A stretch of DNA of 64,000 nucleotides from Catajapyx aquilonaris. Lineage: Eukaryota. How positions within the stretch are numbered: position 1 is the first letter of the stretch; every line of letters starts with the position of its first letter. A program made the position numbers and the translations under genes. Under the pieces are notes generated by a model. It saw nothing but the letters and a program-made list of their open reading frames with translations, made no database searches and was not told where the DNA came from. The stretch is from contig JYFJ02002021.1 of assembly GCA_000934665.2 (NCBI GenBank), positions 1-64,000 of the forward strand, read 5' to 3'. Positions 39,301 to 50,662 of the stretch are shown piece after piece.

Positions 39301-41524
39301 GCTTCGGTGCAACTGGCCCATTAACAAATCCAAATGGCTTTATTTCCGTGCGTCCCTTCACTGACCTGCAATATTCCTATTTCCTTCTTATCACCACGTG
39401 CTGCAAGAGCTCCGGCTTCCTTAACTGATGGAGAAATGGCAAGAAATATGCAGACGGTCAGAAGGTCTCCGATAGCCAGGAACATCCTTTCCTTGTGCTC
39501 AAACTCTCTGAATTGCGTGTTGTCTGTTCTGTCTCTGGTCAGACCTGCGCAGAACACTTTCAAGTTAATCTCGTGTCTTAAGGCCCTCACTATTTCTCGA
39601 AGGAGGGCTCGGGTGGCATACAGAAAGTCTTCTTTCCGCATCAGCAGCTCCTGAAGTGTAAGGAAGTTTTTATTAAAGCAGCTGTTCAGAAAATACTATT
39701 TCCATTCGATTACGAAGTACGAAGGTAACGTACCACACACACATCCGCCAATGTGGTTGCAGCAAGGTCCGGAGAGTGCTGGAACATGACACCAAGCATG
39801 GCCATGTTATTCTGATTGCGGTTCACAGAGAGTTCATTATAGATAGTGTGCTTAATAACTGCTGCCAAATTATCTGGGTGATGTATTGAGATGAGTTCTC
39901 GTATGCAGTTCAGATACAGTTGGATCAACGGCTTAGTCTTAAGCCTGATTTTCACCAGGTGGCTCACGACATCCACGTCTGATTGCAGGCGGGTGTTGCA
40001 GTTCATGCAGAGTGACATCAGCAGCTCCTGCGCTGGCCGAGTAAGCTTAGGATTCTGCAGCCAAATCTCCAATCGTTGGACCACCATTGTGCGGACCTAA
40101 AAAAATGCAGCAGTTAATGTCACGGGGTCATGAGAGGTCAGGAGAGGTTAATGTTCTGCTTATCATACAGGCAGTGATTTATGGGCAATAAACAATCAAT
40201 CAGTCAGTGATTGCAGAATACAGCTACTGCTTAAATTGAATCCAGTTTATGGAGGATTTCCCTACGATTCGCATTGTCAACAAATTCTTTTATCAGTCAG
40301 TAAACACTGTTAGCCTTATGAATTCCTTCATACTTCAGATAATCCACATGTAGACGTAAGCAGCCGCAAGAAATTCCTTGTTATGTTGTCAGTGTGTTGT
40401 CGCCTTGACAGCTGCTCCTTCACCACGTCCATCACCATTTTTTCCGCCTCCTCTTGCAGCCCTGCATACCTGCGTGAATATAATGGGTGTAAATTCATTG
40501 CGTTTGAAGCCTCGCATTCAGCACTTGCCTCATCTCAACAACAATGCTGGCCTTATCCTTGCTGTCTCCACTTTCAGCCCCAGTGAGATCAACTACCTCC
40601 ATATCCCCGGAAGTTCCGACAGGTGGGGAAGGACATTCGGACCTACCCAACCCGAGTTCTGGGTAGAGCAGCGACTTAGGTGGAAGCCGCGTCACAAAAG
40701 CAGTGCAGATGTTGTCCACAAATCCCTTACAATCCTCGTGATCTACCCAGAGCCGCTCACCCACAGCATCCTCAATATAAACCTTGATAAAAATCTCCGG
40801 CCAGCTCTTCTCATCAGCATACGCCGCCATTAGAACATTGGCTGCCAAAACCGGTCCTAACACATTCCCTTTAGTTTTAAAACTGAGCGACGAATCCCGC
40901 TTCAGCAGGCTACAAAACGCCTCCACAACATGATTAGTGCAAAAATAAAGCGGCTGCGATTTCGCAGTACATATCAGCGTCATGTACAACACCGGATCTG
41001 GTTTCCCCCGCTGAGATTTCAGCTGCTTCACCGTCCCGCATATGAGCGCCTCGATCCGCCCCATGTCCTCATGATCATCCGCATCTCCCAACGCATCGTA
41101 CAAATCCTGCGACGGCACTTCGACCGCAACCAACTCCCACGCCTCCTCCTGCGGATCAACCTTGCTGCTACTGGCCGCACCTGCAGTTGAACTTGTCGAA
41201 TCACTCCGCCCCAACGGCATTAAACCGGACACCAGCATCTTAGACTTTTTTGCCGGAATGGACTGTACTGCGGCCGCCTCACGCTTGCGATCTGAAAAAA
41301 CAAATAGACCGTTACGTGCATTGTAGTGTACATTTTCAGATGCAATTACCTATGGTGAGCGCAGACTTGTGTACGACTCCGGGGGCTCCTGTTCTTTTGC
41401 TGTCAGCTGCTGCATCTCCCTGCTGTTGTCTTCCAGCAGCAGATTTGGATCCAAGAGCAATGAAATCACCAGGAAACTGCATGTTCTTAGCCTTATGGCC
41501 ACGGCTTCCCTTCCCCTTCTCCAT
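33324..41524 (-). CDS. INTS1: Integrator complex subunit 1 (multi-exon)
   Basis: Start MEKGKGSRG...FPGDFIALGSK; WPEIFIKVYIEDAVGERLWVDH; RLEIWLQNPKLTRPAQELL; RSRSPDFLLDIIQRQGTSQSMPWLADLV; MHILVVHAMVILLT; DWLKLRMIRS; LWQGRD; LFLRHLPM; GLVELLQP. The last exon ends ...LNMQNGY* at 33324. Includes a GC-AG intron at 40470-40528. Confidence 0.95.
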
Positions 41525-42127
41525 CTTTTTTCTAGCTCCTATACTCTCTTTTTTTTTGCTCAAAATGTGCAGTACAATCTGTACTTTACATATATAATGA
41601 GCCCAATTAAATATAATGTCCTGTTTTGTTCTGTTCCATTAAAAATCAGCCCGGCTTCTTGTTCCATGAACATTCGGGCGCCATCTTGAAAAAAAAATGT
41701 TACATGCTGACATCTGGCGACAATTATCTGAACTACAATAAATGGCGCTCATTTTAAAATTAATCAGCCCACATTCTAATTAACCCTAATTAACCGTAAT
41801 TAACCACAATTTTTAAAGAGTCTCAGGGCAAAAATAGCGATAGGAGTTATTAGCTGTGTGTTCGATCAGGTTTTATTGTTGTTTCGAAAGGGACAACACT
41901 GTGAAGGCCGGAACCTTCTGCTAATTGCGACACTTTGTGGTGAGTTTATTCTAAAAATATTTCTTCAGATATTGCATTTAATACGTGGAGATTAATTGCG
42001 TAATCAAGGTCGGATTGATTAGGATCGAGGTTACACTTGAACCGTGTACAACGGTGTACACATTCAGGTAGTGTGGCCTTCATACGTAGGAGCGCACATT
42101 GGTCAATTTTTTTTGTAGGTTTTATTA

Positions 42128-42449
42128 TAGTATGTACTGAGTGATTATTACAATTGCGTTCATTCCAGTACGTACTGAGTGATTATTACAATTGCGTTCA
42201 TTTCAGTATGTACTGAGTGATTATTACAATTGCGTTCATTCCAGTACGTACTGAGTGATTATTACAATTGTGTTCATTCCAGTATGTACTGAGTGATTAT
42301 TACAATTGCGTTCATTCCAGTACGTACTGAGTGATTATTACAATTGCGTTCATTTCAGTATGTACTGAGTGATTATTACAATATATTGCGTCGATTGCGT
42401 TCATTCCAGTATGTACTGAGTGATTATTACAATTGTGTGTTCATTGCAG
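42128..42449 (+). repeat. 38-bp minisatellite, 8 copies, ending in the splice acceptor before the ISOC start exon
   Basis: Unit CAGTA(C/T)GTACTGAGTGATTATTACAATTGCGTTCATT(C/T) starts at 42128, 42166, 42204, 42242, 42280, 42318, 42356 and 42407. Confidence 0.95.
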
Positions 42450-42455
42450 GTAGCC

Positions 42456-43567
42456 ATGGCAGTCAGACAGGTTGGTCGTCTTCTGTCCAAGAACTCTGTG
42501 TTGTTCCTGTGCGATATGCAGGAAAAGTTCAGGCCGAACATCAAGTACTTCGAGGAGATCGTGCAGAACTCAAACCGACTGCTCAGGGCGGCCGCTTTGC
42601 TTGATATGCCCACTGTCTGCACGGAGCAGTATCCTAAAGGTATAGCGCTTCGTACATGCGTTGTTCACAGGGTTCAGTACGTTGCTCGACTCATTGCGAT
42701 AAGAACTGGTACGCTCTTCTCCTACATTATGTACAATGCTGTTATTTGTAGGTCTAGGACCGACAGTGCCGGAGTTGGGAATCAAGGAGCAGGGGATTAC
42801 ACCATACCCAAAAACGCTGTTCTCGATGGCCATTCCTGAAGTTCTGAACTACCTGAAGGATAAACCTGAGGTACAATAATGGCTGATTAAAATGCAGAAA
42901 TTTCAATACTCCGAGCTGCTTCGAGCCGAGTTTTATCAACTGTAGTACGTAGCAGCGCAATTGATAAAACTCGGCTCGGAGCGGCTCGGTGTAATGACAG
43001 ATCCATGTGACGTATCACAAATTTATTAGTAACATGATATGTGACTGTGTTGTTACAATCTGTTGTGAATTTGTTTGTTGCAGATCAAGTCAGTCATTCT
43101 GTGCGGGATTGAGACCCATGCGTGCATCCAGTGTACCACAATGGACCTGGTGGAAAAAGGCTACGATGTCCACGTCGTTGTTGACGCATGCTCGTCGCGA
43201 AGTTTGGTTGACAGGTCTTGGCCGATTCTCTCATTCACATCGACTTGAATGAAAACAAGTACCATTTTGGCAATGATTGAAATATGACTTCACTTTCATT
43301 ACTGTATATTTGCAAGAAAGTACGTCATGGTACTTATTGACTTGTTGTAGATTACGGCAGGATATTTACATGTATCATCAGAATGTATTGGTGCATTGCA
43401 GGAAATATGCGTTTGATCGCATGAAGAGCGTCGGGGCATACCTGACCACCTCGGAGAGTGTTATCTTAGCCTTGGCTGAAGGCTCCCACCATCCCAAATT
43501 CAAGGAGCTGCAGAAAATTATTTGGGAACCGGCAGCCGACACCGGACTGATTGACTCCAAAATGTAA
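42456..43567 (+). CDS. Isochorismatase domain-containing protein (ISOC1/ISOC2 family)
   Basis: Exons 42456-42639, 42752-42870, 43084-43214, 43402-43567. [61 protein letters not shown]...HPKFKELQ. Confidence 0.92.
42905..42995. mobile_element. Short hairpin/MITE-like palindrome in an ISOC intron
   Basis: TACTCCGAGCTGCTTCGAGCCGAGTTTTATCAA ... TTGATAAAACTCGGCTCGGAGCGGCTCGGTGTA, ~33-bp arms. Confidence 0.7.
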
Positions 43568-44252
43568 ATTAAACCAGTAAATACTTCGTAGCATTTTACG
43601 CTGCCTTTTATTTAAGTGGACGCTGATCCTGGAAAACATAAATCTAAAAATGAAATATTGACTTCAATGAAAGTTTTCCAGCCAGATGCGATACATAGGA
43701 CAGTACACTGTCCGCAATATATTTTACTTCCTTTTGTTGACATACATGAAGGGCACTACAAACTTCAGGTACTGCACTTCTCAAAGCACTATTGATTTTT
43801 TAAATTGCACTTAGTTTGCATTTCCACCCTGTTTTAATGACTGCGACTGGTTAAAAAAAAAAATCATTCCTCAAGTTGAGAAGCGGTATACCTAGTTACA
43901 ATGCTCATGTGCCTTTTTTTCCTTCATAACATTGTGTGCATTTTCTAGGTTTTTTAAATACCAGGTGCGTGTGAATTTAGTTGTAAAATTATTGTGAATC
44001 GTTACATTCACTCTCTCCAGTTGCGAATGCAAGAACAGACGTTACGGAAGACCTAAATATTTCCAACACAACGTAAGGTGGTTTCTGTGACGTTTTCGCT
44101 TGTACTGACACGAGGGAAAAATATTGCAATTGATTAAGTACGGAGGATATGAACGCTTTGTCTGGAAAAGCTCCACGAAAACAGGGTGATTAATATCACA
44201 TGTACACTACACATGATCAGCCTACAAATGTGCAGCGACACACAGATAATTA

Positions 44253-46533
44253 CTAGAGCTCATCTTTATTAGATTTCTCTTCCGCCATGATCGTGCTGTT
44301 AGTCCAGTCCCTGAATGCCAATAGGGCCACATTTTTAGCACCAATGCAACTCATTTCCATTGCGCTTGCTGCCCATTCAATCGCATTGACGTGGTACAAG
44401 TTGGGAGCCAGAATAAAGGAGCCTAACTCCTGGTTTGACGAGTAGTGTGGGTACGCCCTCCAATTCCTCACGACCACCTCATTGATATCCTCAAATAGGG
44501 CTTCCAACTCCTCCTTGGTCAGCTCAGCCTTCGAGAACACCTTCCACACCTGCGGGTACTCATCCTCCTTATCACTTATGTAGTCGACTGGAGTCACTCG
44601 AGCCAGACTGTTGTACGCCAGCCCATCTTTACACACCAGGATCTGATCCGCTTCTGGTCTGCCCTCCTTCCAGCCAAAGTGACCTGCATTCAACTTCCCA
44701 TTCACCTGCAAACAATTACCTACAGATATGTATGCACATTAATATTTTCTAGCACTGTCATGAAAATTATGGCTGAGCCTTGGACCCTTCAGGTGACAAG
44801 TTATGAACCACAAACACACTACATACCGTACTTGTGTACTCACCAGAGTGTTTACCGTCACATGATACTCTCCAATTGTGTGTGGTTTCGGGATGTTTTG
44901 GAATTCAATGCCAGATTGGGTCAACGGCGCGGCCAAGATGACCAGGTCGTAGATTTTTTCTTGCCCGGATTTTGTCTTGATGGAATATGTACCGTCGTCA
45001 AGTTGTGCTACGCTTGCAACATGATCTTTGATGAGATTACCATCTGTGCCTTGTAAAAGTCTCTCCGGGATTTGTTTGTTGCCGCCAAACACTGACCACA
45101 CACCAGAATCAGCTCCAGCCATAGAGACACTTCCTGCGAAGATATTTTATCATGTCACTAAAAACAAATGGATCTAGCGAAAGAACGTTATACACATAAG
45201 AGATGTAACAGACTTGCCAACAAATTTCTGTGCCGATAAGGTTTGTCCGTAATTAACCATGAGTGCAGACATAATTATCTCATCCGTGAAATGGTGCCCA
45301 TACCCATCGCTACGAAAACCATCTTCACTCGAAGTCTCGGTCATGTTTATGAAGCTGGGGTCCATGGCTGTCAGAAGTTCTGCGACACTGTTAAAAGCTT
45401 CACCTTTTGCTTGCGCCGTGTATATTCTGAAAGTGAGACAATTAAGTGTTATTGTACGCGTGATTACCGAAACAACATCAATAACTTCACAAAGGACATC
45501 TTGATATTGGAAGTAACAAAGCCAAAAATGAATTGATTATTATCATTGTATTGACAGAAATATTTCTGTCTCAGAATATGTTTACCATAAATTGCTGGTT
45601 AGTACAAAATTACACGGATGTACTCTGAGAAATGTCATGCGTAATTTTAAACTCACCTGTCAAACTTGTCCAGCATAGAAGAAATGGCCAGTTCCATTTT
45701 CATCATATTGAATCCATACTGATACAAAAATTTAGCAGCCGTAATTATCATGGAATTGCTCTCAACAAACACGAACTTCTCCCCATTGTATATTCCAACT
45801 TTCTCGTTCCCCGACTCCTTCGCCTCCAGATCTGAAATTCAACACGTCGACATTAACGACAATCCAATTAAAAATAAAACCCGCTACTCACCGACAAGCT
45901 TAGCAAACTGACGGACATACTGGTTCCTCGGATGGATAATACTTCCACCTTCCTCGTACTCGTACCCGCTCACATTCACAGTCCGCAACCGTCCGCCAAC
46001 TTGGTCCGCTTCGTACACATCAATTTCACATTTCCCTTTTCCAAAAAGCTGTTCCAAAAAGTAAGCCGACGACACTCCGCCAATTCCAGCACCAATTATT
46101 CCTGAGAAAGTTAAACGAAGACATTATTAAGTCCGCAGAAGTAATTGTTGTATGACAAATTTGCCTTACATCCCTAGTATGGCATCACGAAACGCCCTGC
46201 GACATCCAATGGATATTTAAATGGATCTCCACCGGATATCTACATTGAATCTCCACCGGATATCTACATTGAATCTCCACCGGATATCTACATTGAATCT
46301 CCACTGGATATTTCAATATCCATAGGATGTCACTGTGCTACTTATTCTGATATTAAGACTTATCATAATTACATTAATGACAATTAATAACATGAGACTG
46401 ATGCAAATTATTGACATTTTTGGCACAAAATGGAATACTTGCCGATGCTTGGAACGTCGTCATTTCCTTCGTTAACCAAGGCTGTCATAAATGGGGCCGA
46501 AAGAAGTAGCAGCAACGAGCACTCGAATTTCAT
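44253..46533 (-). CDS. PCYOX1: Prenylcysteine oxidase 1-like (signal peptide, FAD-binding, C-terminal KDEL)
   Basis: Exons (minus) 46533-46443, 46101-~45892, ~45831-45657, ~45428-45218, 45133-44832, ~44706-44253. IIGAGIGG, VGGRLRTV...EEGGSIIHPRN, VNYGQ, GVWSVFGGNKQI, WKVFS, WRAYPHY, NAIEWAASAMEMSCIGAKNVALL, KDEL*. Confidence 0.93.
46201..46331. repeat. 24-bp tandem repeat (3.5 copies) bracketed by 17-bp inverted repeats; probable MITE relic in PCYOX1 intron 1
   Basis: CTCCACCGGATATCTACATTGAAT at 46227, 46251, 46275 and partial at 46299. GACATCCAATGGATATT (46201) is inverted to AATATCCATAGGATGTC (ends 46331). Confidence 0.8.
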
Positions 46534-46980
46534 TATTAAATGTATATATTTTTGCGTAATTTTTTTAAATTGCGTTCACGCACTTTTTCGACTTGCAAAA
46601 TTTTGGAACCGCGCGCGGTCGGCGACAGTCAACTGTTCTCTCAGACTGAAAAAAAAGTGATTGCGACAAATACATTCTTTATCTTGCCAAATAATATTAA
46701 GTTAATCTTTTTTTTTAAAAAAAAGTAGATAAGATATGTTTTTTAAAAATAATTTTATCATTCCATTTCGAATAGCAGCTTCATTTGACTGCTACAATAA
46801 GCTGCGACTGTTAACAGCGTTTAGAGCCATCCCATTAGCTGCTTATTTTGAATGGATCGAAAAATCACGTCGCGTTTGTCGGCCATGACAGGTTGGGGGG
46901 GAAAAAAATACGTGTCGTCTTTTCTTTTTTGATTCTTCGGCATAATTTTTGGCAATAATTTTGGTTCCGCCCGCTGCTAA

Positions 46981-47235
46981 ATGTCTGAACCAAAGCAGAT
47001 CAGCTTCAAGGAGTTCCTCCCACGCAAAGGGCTGCTCCACCAGGAGGACGTCCCTACATACGCTCTGTGCAAGCCTAAGCTGATGCCCCTCAAGTCCTTC
47101 ACACTGGAGAAGCTTGAAAAGGTTCAGAAAGAAGCGCAGGGAAAAGTTGCACAGGCCAGGAGAGAAGAGGAGGAGGAGGAAGAAGAAGAGGAAGAACAGG
47201 AAGGGCAAGGGGTAGTTGAAAGGGAAGAGTATTAA
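46981..47235 (+). CDS. BBIP1: BBSome-interacting protein 1 (BBIP10/BBS18)-like, intronless, 84 aa
   Basis: FKEFLPRKGLL..ED....LCKPKLMPLKSFTLEKLEKVQKEAQ matches the hallmark BBIP10 motif (EVLPKQG...LCKPKL.PLKS.TLEKLEKM). Acidic poly-E tail. Confidence 0.88.
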   Translation: MSEPKQISFKEFLPRKGLLHQEDVPTYALCKPKLMPLKSFTLEKLEKVQKEAQGKVAQARREEEEEEEEEEEQEGQGVVEREEY

Positions 47236-47253
47236 ATAATAAAAGGAAGAACG

Positions 47254-49992
47254 ATGGGGGCCGGACCTTTAGTTGTCGAGATTGTTCTGACGTTCCTTCT
47301 GGCCGCCGTTCTGCTGTACCAGTACGGGAACTGGCACAGGCATCACGTGGTGGTCACCGTGTCGGTGCTGGTCGCCTGGTACTTCTCGTTCATCATCGTG
47401 TTCATCCTGCCTCTGGACGTCTCCGGGGTGAGTCCGCACCTTTCGTAATGGACAAAGTGTTGTCCATTGCAACATTGCATGGCAACATGTTGACATTCAT
47501 GCCAACATTGCGTGGCAACATGTTTGACATTCATGCCAACATTCCATGGCAACATGTTGACATTCATGCCAACATTGCGTGGCGACATGTTGACATTCAT
47601 GCCAACATTGCTTGGCAACATGTTGCCATTCATGCCAACATTGCATGGCAACATGTTGAGATTCATGCCAACATTGCGTGGCAACATGTTGAGATTCATG
47701 CCAACATTTCGTGGCAACATGGTTGCCATTGCCATGGCTACGGGGTTGTATAGCGATGTATTGATGTGCTGATTGTTTAATTTTTTCAGACTATATACAA
47801 CCAGTGCAGCAAGGAGCATGAGCTGATTTTTACGACGACTACTGCGGCGACGTTGTTGCCAAATGCGACTAATATTACGATTGATTCGGATAATATTACG
47901 TACTTGTCTAATGAGACTGTTGTGCCTGAGGAGAATCCGTGCGTTCAGCCGTGGAGTTATGTCGATAGGGATATCATGTGCGAGCTGTGGCGAGTTGTGT
48001 ACTGGACTTCGCAATGTTTGACATGGTAATAGTTTCGTACTCTCAACGTGAATTTGGGGATGTCTAATGTACTTGTCGTTTCAGGCTGATACTCCCGCTG
48101 ATGCAGTCGTACACTCAGGCAGGCGATTTCACCGTGGGAGGCAAACTCAAGTCTTCCCTTATAGACAACGCCATCTACTACGGGTCATACATGTTCATAT
48201 GCGGGATCCTGCTGATATACATTGCAATTAAGCCGATGCCATTGGACTGGTACGTTGCCTTTCGTTGGGATGTCGCACATTTGTTGCAACGGTTTTCCTT
48301 CAGGGCGCAACTGAAGGCCATAGCTGCAGCCGCAAGCAACACGTGGGGCCTATTCCTCCTGGTTCTGCTGTTGGGCTATGGGCTGGTCGAAGTCCCCCGC
48401 ACTCTGTGGAACTCGAGCAAGCGGGGATTCACCCTGCAATATGCATACTTCAAAGCGGCCAAGCTCAGCCTGGAAAGAGGCGAGGCGGAAGAAGCTCTGG
48501 ATGACGTCCTGGAGAGCCTTCTGGCTGCTTGCGAATCAGTCCGGGATGGAGGGAGGATGAGCGGGGTGCAATCGAGACAGAACGTGGAGACCATCCTGCA
48601 GAAAGTTCCTACCGAGCTCAGAGACAGGATGAACAGGAGGCCTCCACCGGACGACATCCCTGTTGAGCCTCTTTCGGAAAAGGCCCTGGTGAGTATCCAC
48701 TAACCACGGCTGGTCAATCCGTAAAGCAAACTTTCCTTTCAGGTCCGGCTGCACCGCCAGACCATCAAGGCCTTGCAACGTCACCACAGGACAGAGACCC
48801 AGTGGGGTCTTCTGATGGATGCGATCCTGGATCTGGAAGACATAAACCGCAACGAGGGCAGCAATGACCGGTGCTTCAAGCCGACATTCCCGGTGACCAG
48901 ACGTCCACGCTGGCTCTGGTTCTGGTACACTGCGAACGTGGAGTGGTACTGGAAGTGCCTACTGCGCAGCTACGTCCGGAAGGTCACCGCGGTTGCCCTG
49001 GGCATCCTCTCCGTCTTTGTCGTATGGTCGGAGGTGACCTTCTTCAACGAGAAGCCTGTGCTCTCTCTTTTCGCCGTGTTTGTCAACGTGGCCAAGCAGT
49101 CATACGACTACCTGTCTATTGAGCTCATATCCTCAGCTATCATCGGGTACCTCTGCGTGTGCGCATACTACACCATCTTCAAGATCAGGGTACTCAACTT
49201 GTACTACCTGGCACCGTACCACCAAACGGACGAGTACAGCCTCATCTTTTCTGGGATGTGAGTGACGTCCATCGATGTTTTATCGATCATACGAGTACTG
49301 TAACTTTGACTTGTTGCAGGTTGTTGTGCCGTCTGACTCCTCCGCTGTGCTTAAACTTCCTGGGCCTCGTGCACATGGATTCACATGTGATTAAGGATGC
49401 ACATCTTGAGGCCTGCTACACTAAGATCATGGGCCACATGGACGTGCTGTCCATTGTATCGGATGGCTTCAACGTGTACTTTCCGATGGGCATCCTGGCC
49501 CTCTGTCTGGCCACCTACTTTGACTTGGGTTCCCGTCTCCTCACCCTCCTCAGCTTCCAGCAGTTCATTGGCGACAATGACATCACGGCCAACTTGGTGG
49601 ATGACGGCAGGGAGCTCATCCGAAGGGAGAAGAGGAGAAGGCAGAGGGCCGAGGAGTCCTCCCAGCGGCAGAGGGACTTCCAGGAGAAGTTCGGAGGCCA
49701 CTCAGCTTACAGGAGCGCAAGGCAGAGAGCCGAGGAAAGAGGTACTTCTGTGGGATAAAATCAACACGGGTTTAAGATTCCACTCATGCCTTTAATTCCC
49801 ATTCCAGTACGTAATTTGAAGAGGACGGACTCGACAGAATCAGCCCGTGCTGAGTTGCTTCGAGACGCTGAGCCAATTGACTATATGGGCACAGTTCATG
49901 ATGCGAGGGGGCAGCAGCAGATGGGTGAACCTTCGGAGGCACCGTCTGTCCGACCGGGGCCTCCGCCTAGGGGGATTTTTGATGACGTGTGA
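47254..49992 (+). CDS. LMBRD2: LMBR1 domain-containing protein 2 (multi-pass membrane protein)
   Basis: Exons 47254-47427, 47790-48025, 48085-48249, 48304-48688, 48743-49257, 49320-49741, 49808-49992. [96 protein letters not shown]. Confidence 0.95.
47468..47735. repeat. 33-bp minisatellite, ~8 copies, in LMBRD2 intron 1
   Basis: Unit GCCAACATTGCGTGGCAACATGTTGACATTCAT at ~47468, 47501, 47535, 47568, 47601, 47634, 47667 and 47700. It contains the palindrome CAACATGTTG. Confidence 0.95.
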
Positions 49993-50662
49993 TAAGTGCC
50001 GCCCGCAACATTGCTGAGTAGTCTTTGGTTACAATTCTAGTCGTCAACAACATTATGCAACACATTCCATGTGTGACTAATATTCCTTTATTGTAATTGT
50101 CATGTTTGTCTGTGCTCTTTCAATGTGTTTTATTGCTTTTCTAATTTTTAGGGCCAAATTATTTATTCCCTTCTCCCCCGTCACCCCGTTAACTTATTGT
50201 TCTTCTTGTTACTAATAAAGTCTACTTACCTTCACTCAGAATTTTGAAATGACACAGTAGGTGAGCCACGTCATGATCTATTCCACTCGCACATTCAATT
50301 ACACAGACCCGTACGCTTTTTCAAACTTACAATCTAACTGGCAGCTAAAACAAACTGTGACTGGTTCGCAAACTAAAAACTGCGCTTGGCACATGCATTT
50401 GTACCAAAAGAAAAACAAAAGCCAACTGATAAAACTATTCAGAAAAAAAAAGCAACAAGCAACCCAAAATAAAGTTAAAAATATTCATCACCACTCTCTA
50501 TATAATAATTATAACAGTAGGCTGCTTTCACCACCCATAATTTTTTTTTTCCTTTTCTTTCTAGTAATAATACTTATTGTCAGCACTATAATTACACGAC
50601 TACTACATTTCCACCTCCGTGGGGGGAAAAGGAGGAGTTTTGTGACTAGGTTGTGATCCACA

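Noticed and set aside
42128..42449. 38-bp repeat array resembling a CRISPR array
   Set aside because: Units are head-to-tail with no unique spacers, there are no cas genes, and the context is a eukaryotic intron. It is a minisatellite.
47343..48014. 223-aa minus-strand ORF and overlapping ORFs with 11-aa repeats
   Set aside because: Artefacts of the 33-bp intronic tandem repeat, antisense to LMBRD2.
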